Shown in pieces: positions 9,650 to 20,450 of a stretch of DNA of 63,010 nucleotides. Position 1 is the first letter of the stretch, and the number at the start of each line of letters is the position of its first letter. The notes under the pieces are model-generated. The model did not search any database, was not told where the DNA came from, and worked only from the letters and a program-made list of their open reading frames with translations. The DNA lies in the IMG/VR virus record IMGVR_UViG_3300025301_000010, positions 1-63,010 of that record; one strand, given 5' to 3'. This DNA comes from a virus (lineage: Duplodnaviria > Caudoviricetes). The position numbers and the translations under genes were made by a program.

Positions 9650-10081
9650 ATGAGCACCAACGCCTTTCTTGGATCGGGCGCCACTCTCGCGGCCGGAGAC
9701 ACGGGTTCCGCTGCCAACTTTGTCGCTATTTCGGAAATTCGCACGTTAAGCGGACCCTCCGCAGATAACCCGACGGTTGAGGTTACACACCTAGGTAGCT
9801 CGAGCGCCGAGTTCGTCTCCGGGCTTGCGAGTCAAGGGGCGATCAATTGCACGGCCAACTTTGACCCTAGTAGCGGCTCACACTTTACCGCCGCGAAGGG
9901 CATACTCGGTGAGTTTACAAATAAAACCGTGCGTTATTGGCGTATCACTTGGAACGATACGGGCAGCACAACTGCCACGTTCCAGGCGTTTGTGAGTTCG
10001 CGTTCTATCGAGACGCCGCCAAATGGGGCTGTTGAGCTGTCCTTTGATTTGACGATCACTGGACCGGTCACCTGGGCCTAG
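9650..10081 (+). CDS. Tail tube (major tail) protein, module A
   Basis: EI..LSGP....VEVTHL.S...EF..GL, F.AFV and L.ITG.VTW; GGAGG RBS before ATG 9650. Confidence 0.88.
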   Translation: MSTNAFLGSGATLAAGDTGSAANFVAISEIRTLSGPSADNPTVEVTHLGSSSAEFVSGLASQGAINCTANFDPSSGSHFTAAKGILGEFTNKTVRYWRITWNDTGSTTATFQAFVSSRSIETPPNGAVELSFDLTITGPVTWA

Positions 10082-10099
10082 TAGCACAGAGGGACATAT

Positions 10100-10513
10100 A
10101 TGCCGAACCCCCTACGCGCGGAAGTGACCTGGGAATGGGACGACGAGGAATATACGCTTAAGCTATCAAACAACGACCTCTTGTCGCTCGAGGCGTCGCT
10201 AACCGCCTCCGCGGGCGAGCTTTTGGAGCGGTTCACCGAGAACCGCTACTCGCTCCGCGATAGCATGCAGATCCTACAACGGGCACTCATTACCGGCGCA
10301 AAGCTGGGCCGGAAGGAGGCGCTCAGGATCTGTGAACAGGTCAGCTTAATGGACCTTGTGCCCGTGGTGTTAGAGGTCCTGATGGCCTCGTATGGCATCA
10401 CTGATCGCAAGGACGAGGACGGCGATGAAGATGGCGACGACGAGGAACCGGCGCGGGGAAAGACACGACCCGTCCGGGCGGTGAGACCGAAGCTGACCGA
10501 CGGCGTTTCGTAG
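10100..10513 (+). CDS. Tail assembly chaperone (gpG-like)
   Basis: Between tube and tape measure; carries GGGAAAG slippery site at 10456-10462. Confidence 0.8.
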   Translation: MPNPLRAEVTWEWDDEEYTLKLSNNDLLSLEASLTASAGELLERFTENRYSLRDSMQILQRALITGAKLGRKEALRICEQVSLMDLVPVVLEVLMASYGITDRKDEDGDEDGDDEEPARGKTRPVRAVRPKLTDGVS

Positions 10514-10887
10514 TCCCGTGGTCGCGCTATTTCCGGATCTGCGTAGGGTCGATCCATATAATGCCCGAGGATTTTTGGGGCATGACATTACCAGAGACCG
10601 CTCTCGCTATCGAGGGACATGAGCGCCAAGAGGCGCGCGCCTTTTTGCGCGCCGGGACGGTTGCCGCGATGGTCGTCGAAGTCAATCGCGACAGTAAGAA
10701 GCGGTCACGCCCGTATTCTGCTGAGGATATTTTCCCGCACATTAAACAACTTTTGATCGATGCGGAGACTGCTGCCGCGCGTGAACCTAAACAGTCAACG
10801 CAAAGCGTCGAACAGCAGATCGCGATGGCGAAAGCGTTGATGGGCGGAGAGGGTGCGTCTCTGCCTCGCCCAAAGGAAACCGATTAA
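10456..10887 (+). CDS. gpT-like part of the G-T fusion chaperone (-1 frameshift)
   Basis: -1 frame is open from G GGA AAG through PWSRYFRICVGSIHIMPEDFWGMTLPE, in frame with ORF 10561. Confidence 0.8.
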   Translation, partial: GKDTTRPGGETEADRRRFVVPWSRYFRICVGSIHIMPEDFWGMTLPETALAIEGHERQEARAFLRAGTVAAMVVEVNRDSKKRSRPYSAEDIFPHIKQLLIDAETAAAREPKQSTQSVEQQIAMAKALMGGEGASLPRPKETD

Positions 10888-13800
10888 GTGGCTCAAACAC
10901 TAGAGGAACTGCGCGTCACGCTGACGGCGACTAACGAGAAGTTTGACAAAGCCTTCCGCGCATCGGACGCGCGTCTAAAGGTCTTCGAGAAGACGATGAA
11001 GCGGCAAGCCGCGCAGACGCGTAAATCGCTCGGTGCCGTGACTGCGGCCGCCACAAAAATGAAGAAAGCCTTTATTGGCTTAGCGAGTTTGGCCGTTATT
11101 AAACGATTTGCGAGTTTTACGAAAGAAGCCTTTGAGCAGACAAACGCGCTACAGGATACGGCGGACAAGATTGGACTTAACGTAGAGTCTTTGCAAGAGC
11201 TCCAGCACGCCTTCTCAACCACTGGGGTTGAAGCAAAAACCGTCAACACAGGACTTCAGCGACTCGGCCGACGCCTCTCTGATTTTGCAACGACCGAAGC
11301 GGGCGCGGCAAAAGAGGCGTTTCTTGCCTTGGGCATTTCCGCAGAAGATGTCCGCACGAAATATTCGACGCTAGAAACCGTCATCCCGAAACTTGCCGAT
11401 GAAATAGCGGGTTTAGCAAGCGACGAGCAGAAACTTTCTGTTGTACAAAAATTGGTCGATAGTGAGGGCGTCGCAATGCTGACGACGTTTTCGCAGGGGT
11501 CGGCTGCGATGGCGAGGCAGCGACAAGAAGCGCGCGACCTAGGCCGAGTATTAGAAGAGGAGTTGACGCGGAAAGCTGCGGCACTCAATACCGCCTTCAA
11601 CGTCGCGGCCGCGGCACTCGACACGCAGTTTAAGCGGGCGCTGATCGAACTGGCTCCGTTTATCAAGCGGTTCACGCAGGGTATCACGGGGCTAGTGTCT
11701 GTTTTTTCGAAACTGATCGGTGAGGTGAAGCGAGTATATAATGAAACTGTTGTACGTAACCAGCTGTTAGCCCTGAAAGCCCAGAAAAAAGAAATAGAAA
11801 ATATAGAAAAGTTAATCGCTCTAAAAAAACTGGAGATTGAAGCGGCCCAGAAGCTGCGAACAGCAGGGATGCGGGAGCGTGTCGGGGCTGCTAGAGGGGT
11901 GGAGCTCGATAAGCTCAAAGACCAGCTGGGGGCGGCTAAGGTCGGATATCAAGAGATTAAGGATATACTCATCGAACTAAACGACGCGTTGGTTGACGAT
12001 ACGGAGGCGCTCGCGAAACACGGCGAGGCGCTTGAAAAAACCAAGGACACAAACGCGGCGAGCGTGGCGAGTCTGGAGAAGGGGACGGCGTTACTTAAGG
12101 CCGAGACGGCAGTGCTCGAAGAAGCGATCGCTCTGGGCTTGACGGCGCGTGAAACTGAATTTCGGTTGACGCGGGCGCGTTTAGTTTCGGCCGCAGCGGT
12201 GGACAAACTGACGGACGCCGAGATCGCTGCTATCGATGCGCGCATGGAAATTGTCCGCGCAAACGAGCAGGTGACGCGCACTTATGACGCGATGGTTGAG
12301 GGCCAGGAGGAGGCGACAGAGGCGGTCAAGGAGGGCACGATTGATCTCGCGAAATACTTCGACCAGGCGGTGGAAGGGATTATGGCGGGCACGCTCCGCC
12401 TGGGTGACTTTTTTAAACAGGCGGGGCAGGCGCTCGCGCTCGATTTCGGAAAGTCGTTTATCATGGGAAAAGGCAAATCGCTAGACGTTCCGCTGAAGGC
12501 AAACGCCCTAGGATTGGTAGGGCCGAACGGAATTGTAGGAGATATCCTGGGCAAAGGGGGGTTACTGGCGGGGACGTCGTTCGGCAAGAACTTTCTTGCG
12601 GGCTGGGGGGTGAATGTCAAACAGATGATGGCCGGAGCAAAGGACATTTGGGCGCTGGCCGGGGTCGGCGATTGGTCGACTATTTTTAAGCTCAACCCGA
12701 GCCAAGGTCTCGGCAAAATGTTCCACGGGCTGGGCAAGGCGGGCGCCGGGTTGTTGGGGTTTGGGCTAGCGGAAGGAATGAAAGGTATCTTCGGCATACT
12801 GGGGTCAGAGGAAGCCGCTATGGGAGGTAAGGTCGGCGGCATGGTCGGCGGCATTATTGGTAGTATTTGGGGCCCGGTAGGGTCTTTTGTCGGGGCCTTT
12901 TTGGGTGACCTTATCGGCTCGGTTTTTGGTAGCCTTTTTGCTCACAAGCCCACGAAGGGCACACAAATCCGGAAGGGTGTCCGTGACTGGCTCAAGGACC
13001 TGGGCGTCGTCTTCGCGCAGGAGCTAGACCGTAAGGATTACTTTTTTGACGAGACAAAAGCGATGCGCGACCGGATGGGATTGCGTGGCGGTTCTGGGTT
13101 TTTGATTGCGAGCAAAGAGGTGCTCGCGCAGTCTGGTGTGCGCGAGGACTTACGACACCAGCTCGTCGCACTTGGAGTCGCGGTGACAAAAGATATGGCC
13201 ATCGATCTCGGCAAAAACTTGGAACAAACAGGCGTCACGTTTGCGAACATGCTGATTGATAATCTGGGCGGCGACGAGAAAAAACTGTCGGCGTTTATTG
13301 CGGACCTCGTGTCAAAGGCCGGGATTGAGCTGGGGGGTCTTGTGACAGAGCTCAACGACGCGATGGCGCGGGGAGCGATTGGGACGGAACTGTACCATGA
13401 GGCGCTACAAGGCGCGCTCTCGCTGTTCCTCGTCGACCTCCCGGCAGGCATTGACGCGTTCGGCATCGCAATGGACAGTATGACCGAGCAGGGGATTTTA
13501 GATCTTGAGGTCTTCGGGGACAAGCTGGCCGAAGTGATCGAAAAGTTCAAAAACCTGCCGCCGCTTTTGGTTCAAATCCGCCAACTGATGATCACGTTAC
13601 GGCAGCAAATGGTTGAGTCGGAGATGGCATTTTTAGCTCGACTTGTGACCATGGGGGTCGCTGGGCAGGGGGACATGATTAACGCGCAAATGCAGCCGAT
13701 ACGCGGCGGGCTCGCGAGCTTCTATGAGCGTTTTAACCTCCAATTTAACCCGACACACCGGCGACCCGAGACGGTGGCTCAGATGCCGTCCAGGCTCGGG

Positions 13801-14934
13801 AGCTTGTCGCCGGACCGTATGCGCGAGCTAGGACACGAGCCGGTTAGTGTGGCCGAGATGATGGCGGCAATTGATGATTTGGGCCGCTTACAAGATCTCC
13901 TCGTTGAGCAGTTTCAGATGCACGCCGAGCAGATCCGCGCAGAGTACGCGCTTAAACGCGAGAACCAGCAGCGAGTGATAAATAATCTGAGGGACGAGCG
14001 GAGCGAGACGGAAAAGCTATATCAGGTGCAAATCGAGGGGCTGCGCGAACGGCTCGCGATTGCGAAGGCGTACGAGCAGCAGGCTGACGCCTTGCAGTCC
14101 ACGCTGACTCAGCTAATGACTGGCGGGACATCGCCGCTCTCGGGACAAGAGCAGCTGTCTTTCTTGCAGTCGCGAGCAGCAACGCTCCGCGCCCAGATAA
14201 CAGGGGCCAGCGACGCAGAGCGCCCAGCGCTTATGGGTGAGCTGTCTACCGTGCTCCAAGGTATGCTCGGTCTCGGCGTCTTTCAGCGGCCATCACCGGA
14301 ACACGCCGCGTTATTTAACGATGTGGTTGCCGAGATAGAGGCGTTACAGCAGTCCGCCCGCGATGAGGCAGATAAGGCGATCGCGATCGAACAGCAAATC
14401 CTTGACACCGAGCTTGCGATGCAGGTCGCGTTGAGTAGCATCGACCAGCAGATCCACCATCAGCAGCTCGCGCTGGAGCGCCTCTCAGGGCAAGAACAGC
14501 AAGCCATAAATAGCGCGAGGGCGGCGACGGTGGCCGCGATTAGCGACCTACGGGATCAACAAATCGAACTCGGCCGTGTGGCGGGATTGAAGCTCAAAGA
14601 CGCGGAAACGGCGATCGTTGAAGAGCTTGAGGCGCTGGGGTTGCCGACCGATCTCGACACGGCGACAATTGCGGTTCTCGATCGGCTCGACGGAACGCTC
14701 GACACTCTCGATACGACGCTCAACACGTTACTGTCGCCCGCGTCGAATAATAACGGCAGCCAGTCGGACGGCGTGACATTTGATATGACCGGGATGCAAA
14801 TATCGGCGACAACTACCGGAAACGCGCAGCAGGACGGCGAGCGTCTAGGCCGCGGCTTTGCAGCTGCGGTGGTGCACGAGTACAGGACGGGCGAGCTAGG
14901 GCGTGTTGTACGCCAAGACATGGAGCGGCACTAG
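10888..14934 (+). CDS. Tape measure protein A (1348 aa)
   Basis: Long helical Ala-rich protein with a Gly-rich hydrophobic segment; follows the chaperones. Confidence 0.92.
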   Translation: MAQTLEELRVTLTATNEKFDKAFRASDARLKVFEKTMKRQAAQTRKSLGAVTAAATKMKKAFIGLASLAVIKRFASFTKEAFEQTNALQDTADKIGLNVESLQELQHAFSTTGVEAKTVNTGLQRLGRRLSDFATTEAGAAKEAFLALGISAEDVRTKYSTLETVIPKLADEIAGLASDEQKLSVVQKLVDSEGVAMLTTFSQGSAAMARQRQEARDLGRVLEEELTRKAAALNTAFNVAAAALDTQFKRALIELAPFIKRFTQGITGLVSVFSKLIGEVKRVYNETVVRNQLLALKAQKKEIENIEKLIALKKLEIEAAQKLRTAGMRERVGAARGVELDKLKDQLGAAKVGYQEIKDILIELNDALVDDTEALAKHGEALEKTKDTNAASVASLEKGTALLKAETAVLEEAIALGLTARETEFRLTRARLVSAAAVDKLTDAEIAAIDARMEIVRANEQVTRTYDAMVEGQEEATEAVKEGTIDLAKYFDQAVEGIMAGTLRLGDFFKQAGQALALDFGKSFIMGKGKSLDVPLKANALGLVGPNGIVGDILGKGGLLAGTSFGKNFLAGWGVNVKQMMAGAKDIWALAGVGDWSTIFKLNPSQGLGKMFHGLGKAGAGLLGFGLAEGMKGIFGILGSEEAAMGGKVGGMVGGIIGSIWGPVGSFVGAFLGDLIGSVFGSLFAHKPTKGTQIRKGVRDWLKDLGVVFAQELDRKDYFFDETKAMRDRMGLRGGSGFLIASKEVLAQSGVREDLRHQLVALGVAVTKDMAIDLGKNLEQTGVTFANMLIDNLGGDEKKLSAFIADLVSKAGIELGGLVTELNDAMARGAIGTELYHEALQGALSLFLVDLPAGIDAFGIAMDSMTEQGILDLEVFGDKLAEVIEKFKNLPPLLVQIRQLMITLRQQMVESEMAFLARLVTMGVAGQGDMINAQMQPIRGGLASFYERFNLQFNPTHRRPETVAQMPSRLGSLSPDRMRELGHEPVSVAEMMAAIDDLGRLQDLLVEQFQMHAEQIRAEYALKRENQQRVINNLRDERSETEKLYQVQIEGLRERLAIAKAYEQQADALQSTLTQLMTGGTSPLSGQEQLSFLQSRAATLRAQITGASDAERPALMGELSTVLQGMLGLGVFQRPSPEHAALFNDVVAEIEALQQSARDEADKAIAIEQQILDTELAMQVALSSIDQQIHHQQLALERLSGQEQQAINSARAATVAAISDLRDQQIELGRVAGLKLKDAETAIVEELEALGLPTDLDTATIAVLDRLDGTLDTLDTTLNTLLSPASNNNGSQSDGVTFDMTGMQISATTTGNAQQDGERLGRGFAAAVVHEYRTGELGRVVRQDMERH

Positions 14935-15690
14935 ATGGGCTATTTGTACGCGTCGACATTTTTGAGCTATACGCCGACCGCCACAACCGCGCATAGCGAC
15001 TATCCCGTAACACGCCTTGCGGATCTTGCCGCGCATCCTTATCTCCGCGCCTGGCGTAGCACAGCGGTGACGCTCACCGACTTAACCTTGGACCTTGGTA
15101 GCGACCAGAGTGTTGGGGGAATAGCGTTGTTCAACGTGAACGCCACGTCGTGCGAACTGGCGTTCGCGACGGCCGCGGGATCGCCGTCCTATACCGGGTG
15201 GGGGCCTAACGCCGCACAGCCTTCGTACCAGATCACTCAAAACACGCCCGGTCCTTATTATAATTTGTGCGTAACCGAGCCGATCACGGCGCGGTATATA
15301 AGGGTGCGGTTTCCTGCCTCGACGGCTCGGCATACAACAGACGCTTATTATTCTGTCGGCTGTATCGTGGTCGTGGGCGCATTCCTCCCGATCCAAACCC
15401 CGCGCGTGGGGATGGTCGAGCGTTTGCAGTCACGATATTTGGAAAACGCACACCTTGTGACTCGCACGGGCGAAGAGTGGAGCGAGGAAGAGTGGGATGC
15501 TATTTTATTGCCTGAGAATAAGGATAGTGGTTTCGCCGTGATGGCGCTGGGAAAAGCGGCGAATGTCGTGATGTTTAGAAACCAAGGGGACCGGGCGGAG
15601 GTCAAGTTGATGCGACGGACCGGCGATATCCAGGTCGCCCATAACGCCACCCACTACACGACCCAGCAGACATGGAGGGAGCACACATAA
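14935..15690 (+). CDS. Distal tail-like protein A
   Basis: First gene after the tape measure; YA..FLSYT..A.....DYPVT.L shared with 43887-44618. Confidence 0.6.
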   Translation: MGYLYASTFLSYTPTATTAHSDYPVTRLADLAAHPYLRAWRSTAVTLTDLTLDLGSDQSVGGIALFNVNATSCELAFATAAGSPSYTGWGPNAAQPSYQITQNTPGPYYNLCVTEPITARYIRVRFPASTARHTTDAYYSVGCIVVVGAFLPIQTPRVGMVERLQSRYLENAHLVTRTGEEWSEEEWDAILLPENKDSGFAVMALGKAANVVMFRNQGDRAEVKLMRRTGDIQVAHNATHYTTQQTWREHT

Positions 15691-15992
15691 TGGCAGATGA
15701 TCGCTCGAATCCCGACAGCGAACGCGATAGTGCGGCTGTCACAATAAACGGACACCAGCCCCGCAAACTTTCTCCGACCGAGCGACTCCGCCTTCAGCTC
15801 GCGCACACGCAAGTGCAGCTTGCGAAAGTGACCGGCGAACGCGACCAGCTGGCCGCACGCATTCGCGCTGCGGAATCGCAGACAATGCTTGAAGAACAGC
15901 ACGCCGCCATCATGGCGGCGCATGGGGTCACAGCTTCGACGCCGTGGGTGTGCGATATAACCAGTGGTGAGTTTGTTCCGAAAGGCGGTTAG
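15690..15992 (+). CDS. Small coiled-coil tail-associated protein
   Basis: Coupled to the upstream stop; positional equivalent of 43637-43870. Confidence 0.55.
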   Translation: MADDRSNPDSERDSAAVTINGHQPRKLSPTERLRLQLAHTQVQLAKVTGERDQLAARIRAAESQTMLEEQHAAIMAAHGVTASTPWVCDITSGEFVPKGG

Positions 15993-15994
15993 GT

Positions 15995-17293
15995 ATGGCA
16001 ACGACGACAAGCCTGGGAATCTCGAAGCCCGCACGCGGCGAGACAGGTTGGCACACGCTGTGGAACGCGAACGCGGACCTTTTAAACGGCCTATTGGTCG
16101 GGACGAGCAGCTCGCTTTTTATTGCCGCAGCTCGCGTCGGAGTCGGTCACACAACTGCTACGTGGGGCCGGTTTGCTGCCCACGAAAATAGCGCGACGGT
16201 AGCGACGGCGGCTCTCAGTCAAGGCAACTCGAGTGGCAACGTGCTTGAGCTAAACAATGGGAGTTCGGATTTAGCAGGGAACCTGATGGTCGTGACGGGA
16301 GCGGGTAAACTGGGGATCGGGACAACCGCGCCTGACGCGCTCCTGCATGTAGAAGAGGGTGCCGGGTCATTCAGTTGGACCCCAGATGCCGGGACGATGG
16401 CCATCATCCAACGAAACGCATCGACGGGCAATGGGGTCGCGCTGTCTCTCATCAGTGGCACAGGCGGTGACTGCGCCCTTAACTTCGGAGACTCGTCAGA
16501 TGAGAATGATGGTGCAATCCTGTATGACCAGGCCTCCAACGTCCTCTCGTTCCGGGTTAATGCCGCCACGAGGATGACGCTTAACCAGGACGGAAAACTC
16601 GGCGTTAATGAAACAACGCCAGATGCGATGGTCGATATCGTGCCGACTGGCACCGGTGTGATTTCGCTGCTTGTCGATACGGCGGCGAGCGCTACAGCGA
16701 AGAGTCAGGAGTGGCACTACAACGGCAGCTCACGCGCATGGGTGAAACAGACAGCCGCCGTCAGCGAATTGAGGTTCGATCCTATCGACATCGCTGGCAC
16801 CGTGCCTGGCCCACTGCTTTACCTGGACCGTAATGTCGGCACCGAGGTCGGGGCTAATACACCTGCGCCGGGTGCTGTAGGTTTTGTGACGGACGCGAAC
16901 GTCGTGCACTACATCTGGTGTGACACCGGGCTGCTACGTATGCACACAGTGCAGCCGACATATAACACACGCGAGCATGGCGACGAGGTCGGAGGGCAGT
17001 CCTCATATTTAGGCGCAAAGAATATTATCCGACAATGGGGGGACCCGACGGACGCGCTTGAAGCTGTTCTTGATACGGGGGTTTACGATTTTACCTACAA
17101 GGACGGAAAATATAACTGTGAACAATTTACCGGAATTGTAACGGATTGGGCGCCGTGGGCGGGAAAAGAAAAAACCGAAGATTGCCCCCACGGGCGTCAG
17201 CTCAATATGGTCAACGTGACCGGATACCATACGTTAGCGATTCAAGCGCTCTCAAAAAAGATTGAAGACTTGGAACGACGACTCGCCAGCTAA
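15995..17293 (+). CDS. Tail fibre/spike with C-terminal S74-type intramolecular chaperone
   Basis: G.LGIGTTAP...LHV repeats; SS...K cleavage-like site and terminal AIQAL...IEDLE coil. Confidence 0.8.
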   Translation: MATTTSLGISKPARGETGWHTLWNANADLLNGLLVGTSSSLFIAAARVGVGHTTATWGRFAAHENSATVATAALSQGNSSGNVLELNNGSSDLAGNLMVVTGAGKLGIGTTAPDALLHVEEGAGSFSWTPDAGTMAIIQRNASTGNGVALSLISGTGGDCALNFGDSSDENDGAILYDQASNVLSFRVNAATRMTLNQDGKLGVNETTPDAMVDIVPTGTGVISLLVDTAASATAKSQEWHYNGSSRAWVKQTAAVSELRFDPIDIAGTVPGPLLYLDRNVGTEVGANTPAPGAVGFVTDANVVHYIWCDTGLLRMHTVQPTYNTREHGDEVGGQSSYLGAKNIIRQWGDPTDALEAVLDTGVYDFTYKDGKYNCEQFTGIVTDWAPWAGKEKTEDCPHGRQLNMVNVTGYHTLAIQALSKKIEDLERRLAS

Positions 17294-17306
17294 GAGGAGC
17301 AAGCCC

Positions 17307-17726
17307 ATGCTAAAGCTAAGCCAGCCCATCACAGTCGGAGCTCAGACTTATACGCACTGTAAACTTGTTGCGGCGCGCTGGGTTGCAAACGCCGAAACGC
17401 TAGAGCGACTTGTCTACCAGCTGTGCACAGTCGAGGGTGGCATCATCCGGGTAGGGAGTATCGTCCAAAGCGACGACGCCCCCACGGTTGTGACTGACGC
17501 ACCCACGGCTTTTACCATAGACAGGGTGAAGAACGAGGCAGATTCCGCAGATATTTTTTCCGGCTTGCACGGGATCGACGCTTTGATCGATGCTTACCTG
17601 GCGGCTCAACCGCCTCAAATATTTTTGGATGGGGAAACCACGACCGTTCTTGAGGCGACTGTCGAGGCTGCCCCTAACGGTGAACTGCCAGGGCGTGAAA
17701 TAATCGACAACCGCACAGAGGACTAA
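17307..17726 (+). CDS. Tail-associated protein (fibre chaperone-like); paralogue of 41175-41612
   Basis: GAGGAG RBS; near-identical C-terminus SADIFSGLHGIDALID...REIIDNRTED. Confidence 0.7.
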   Translation: MLKLSQPITVGAQTYTHCKLVAARWVANAETLERLVYQLCTVEGGIIRVGSIVQSDDAPTVVTDAPTAFTIDRVKNEADSADIFSGLHGIDALIDAYLAAQPPQIFLDGETTTVLEATVEAAPNGELPGREIIDNRTED

Positions 17727-17735
17727 CCGCCGCGC

Positions 17736-20441
17736 ATGCCGAACCTGATATCACTGCTAGACGTATATGGGGCTACCACGTATCAATGGGCGGACCGCGT
17801 AGAGGATGGCGCCTTTCCGGGGTACGAGCATATGTTGACCGGGCCGTTTGCAATGACGCAACGTTTGCCCGGCTCGACGGCGCGCGCGATTGTCCAACAG
17901 TCGGTGGAGGCTGCGCTTAATAATGTCCCTGCCGCGGTTGCATTCGGAGGGGCGCTCTATGGGGTGGCGCCGGACGGAACCGACAGCGGCTACGGCGACC
18001 ACCCGTACGGCGGGGGCGGCCCACAAACACTGTCGGAAATTGCTCGAACGGAAGATCTGCTTGGTACACGGGCGCGGGCGCGCCTGTATGACCTAGACGC
18101 CAGTTCGGTCGTTTGGACGATCGAAGGCCAGGTTACCGGGATTTCGCGATCACTGAGCGAAGCGACTTTGACGATCCAGACGGTCGATTTAGAGGCAGCA
18201 CAGAACCCGGTCCCAGCAAAAACGGTCGCGAGTGTTTTTGCGAGCGCGGATCTCTCCGGGACCGATGCGACGAGCGCGCCCGTGATCGTCGTGTTTGGCG
18301 TCATGCGTAAGGTGCGGCTCGTGTTATGCCAGTCCGTCGCCGACACGTCCTATGACTATGGCCCGTTTCGTAAACCGGCAACGGGCTCACTTGTAGTGAA
18401 CAACGTTTATCGCAATGGGCGGCTCGTGGCTGGCGCAGAGTATAGTCTCGTCGAGTCGCCGACCGGGTACCATCTTATTCGGTTTGCGGTTGCACAAACC
18501 GACGCCAACGGGTCGCCGATGACAATCCAGGCGGACGTTACCGCAACAGAGTTTGTCAACCCGGCGCTTGCTATAAAGTTTCTACTGTCCGACGCAAATT
18601 ACGGGCTCGGCAAGAGCGTCAACGCAGCCTCCTTTACCGCGGCCGCGAGCGCGTATACGTCCGCCTCGCTGGCAATCGTTGGGGGTCTCGGCGCTCAGCG
18701 TCCGTGTCTCGATGTCCTCGACGACCTCCTCTTGCACGGCGCGTCACTCAATAAAAACCACGCGGGCGAATTCCTGCTGACGGTCGATCAAGCCTCAATA
18801 CACACGGCGGCGTCTGTGTCCGTCGGGTGCGGCGACGGGGAATGGGAGAACCTGGACGCCGACTCTATTAGTGATAACACGCCGCAAACTTCGGAAGTTA
18901 TCCAGACTTTTATTTTACGCGGCTTACTCGATCCGGGGTTTAGCGGGCACGGGGGTAGCCAATATCTGATCTCCTCGACGCGCACCGATGCGACCCAGGC
19001 GGGCCGGACAGAGACGCGGGACAACCCCTTCTTGGGGACGGCGGCCGTCGTTGAGCGCGAAGGACATTATCGGTGGCATCGGATGATACGCGAGCGCACA
19101 ATGGTCGAGGCTGAGGCGACTTTAGACCTGTCCGTGGTGACGCTCGGAGAGCTCGTGACGATCCATATCCCGGCGCTTTACTATACGGGGCAAGTGCGCG
19201 AAGCGCGGCAAATCGGCTGGCAGTCGAGTCAGCGCGATACCACAATAACGGGCCATTATACCGTTCAGCTCGTCGACTACGACGCGGAGATTTTCACCTT
19301 TGCCGCAGGGGTGGCCACGACGACTACGCACGCCGGGGCCACGGCATTGACTGACTACTACTTTACGCCGCCTGGGGTGGCGTCGAGCTTTACCGTCACG
19401 TCAAGCGGGAGCCTAGGCGGGGCGGGTGGCGATGGTAGCGCGGCGTCAATCGTCCTCTGTCAAGCAACTGCGCCTGCGGTCAACGTTTCGCACCTCCTCT
19501 TCCGGGCGCACCGAGCGAGTCAGGCCGCATACGTCGCCGAAATACAAGTCCCGGTTGCCGCGAGTGCGACGGTGACCGCTGAATTTGAACTCACACCGGG
19601 TGTCAGCTATGACCTGCGCGTGTATGCACAAAATATTGCTAATGACCCGGGCGCGCAGCTGGCAACGGCTGTGGCCGTGACTGGTCATACAGCAGCAGGG
19701 GACGTGACGGCACCGGACAATATCGCGAACGTCGCCGCGACACCCGGAACGGGTAAGGCGGTTGGCGTGTCTTGGGATCGGCTCGATGATCTGACGCTTG
19801 CTGAGTACATTATTTACCGCGACACGTCTGCCGACCCAACGGACGAGCATGCGCGCAGCCGGACAAACTCGTACACCGACACCGAAGTCGCCTATGGGAG
19901 CACATACCACTACCGCGTCAAGGCGATCGACCACAGCGGCAACCCTTCCGACGATTTCAGCAACAACGATAGCGCAAGCGTTGTGCAGGTGGGTAACGCT
20001 GATAGCGCGATCACGGCGAGCGCGCTGACGGCAGGGACACTAACGGTGAATACCTCTGGTGTGAAGATCTCGGCCACGGGTGATTCTGCGCTCAGCTTTA
20101 CCTTTGGCGCGTTTGCTAAAATCAAATGGTGGGCAACGCCGTTCGATGCCGGAACAAATAGCGAGAAAGCCCATATCGGGGCAGGGTCGGCGGGCGGGTT
20201 TAGCGGGTTACAAATTGTTACACCCTCATCGACGAGCGACAATATCCGACTCGGGACGTCCGGTAATTCCTTCACGAATCTTGGGTTGTGGATGACAGGG
20301 AACATCCGCAGCTCAACTAGCATTTTCGACGGGGTGGGTGACAACCCACCCGGCGAGTCATCACCGAACCGCCGGATTAAAATTGAGACGGATGCAGACC
20401 CACCGGTGTTGGTGGGGTACATCTGGGCGAGTGATACATAG
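17736..20441 (+). CDS. Tail tip hub / host-specificity protein with FN3 domains (module A)
   Basis: Hub-like N-terminus; FN3 signature W......EYIIYR...YTD..V..G.TYHYRVKAID.SGN. Confidence 0.8.
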   Translation: MPNLISLLDVYGATTYQWADRVEDGAFPGYEHMLTGPFAMTQRLPGSTARAIVQQSVEAALNNVPAAVAFGGALYGVAPDGTDSGYGDHPYGGGGPQTLSEIARTEDLLGTRARARLYDLDASSVVWTIEGQVTGISRSLSEATLTIQTVDLEAAQNPVPAKTVASVFASADLSGTDATSAPVIVVFGVMRKVRLVLCQSVADTSYDYGPFRKPATGSLVVNNVYRNGRLVAGAEYSLVESPTGYHLIRFAVAQTDANGSPMTIQADVTATEFVNPALAIKFLLSDANYGLGKSVNAASFTAAASAYTSASLAIVGGLGAQRPCLDVLDDLLLHGASLNKNHAGEFLLTVDQASIHTAASVSVGCGDGEWENLDADSISDNTPQTSEVIQTFILRGLLDPGFSGHGGSQYLISSTRTDATQAGRTETRDNPFLGTAAVVEREGHYRWHRMIRERTMVEAEATLDLSVVTLGELVTIHIPALYYTGQVREARQIGWQSSQRDTTITGHYTVQLVDYDAEIFTFAAGVATTTTHAGATALTDYYFTPPGVASSFTVTSSGSLGGAGGDGSAASIVLCQATAPAVNVSHLLFRAHRASQAAYVAEIQVPVAASATVTAEFELTPGVSYDLRVYAQNIANDPGAQLATAVAVTGHTAAGDVTAPDNIANVAATPGTGKAVGVSWDRLDDLTLAEYIIYRDTSADPTDEHARSRTNSYTDTEVAYGSTYHYRVKAIDHSGNPSDDFSNNDSASVVQVGNADSAITASALTAGTLTVNTSGVKISATGDSALSFTFGAFAKIKWWATPFDAGTNSEKAHIGAGSAGGFSGLQIVTPSSTSDNIRLGTSGNSFTNLGLWMTGNIRSSTSIFDGVGDNPPGESSPNRRIKIETDADPPVLVGYIWASDT

Positions 20442-20450
20442 GAAATAATC

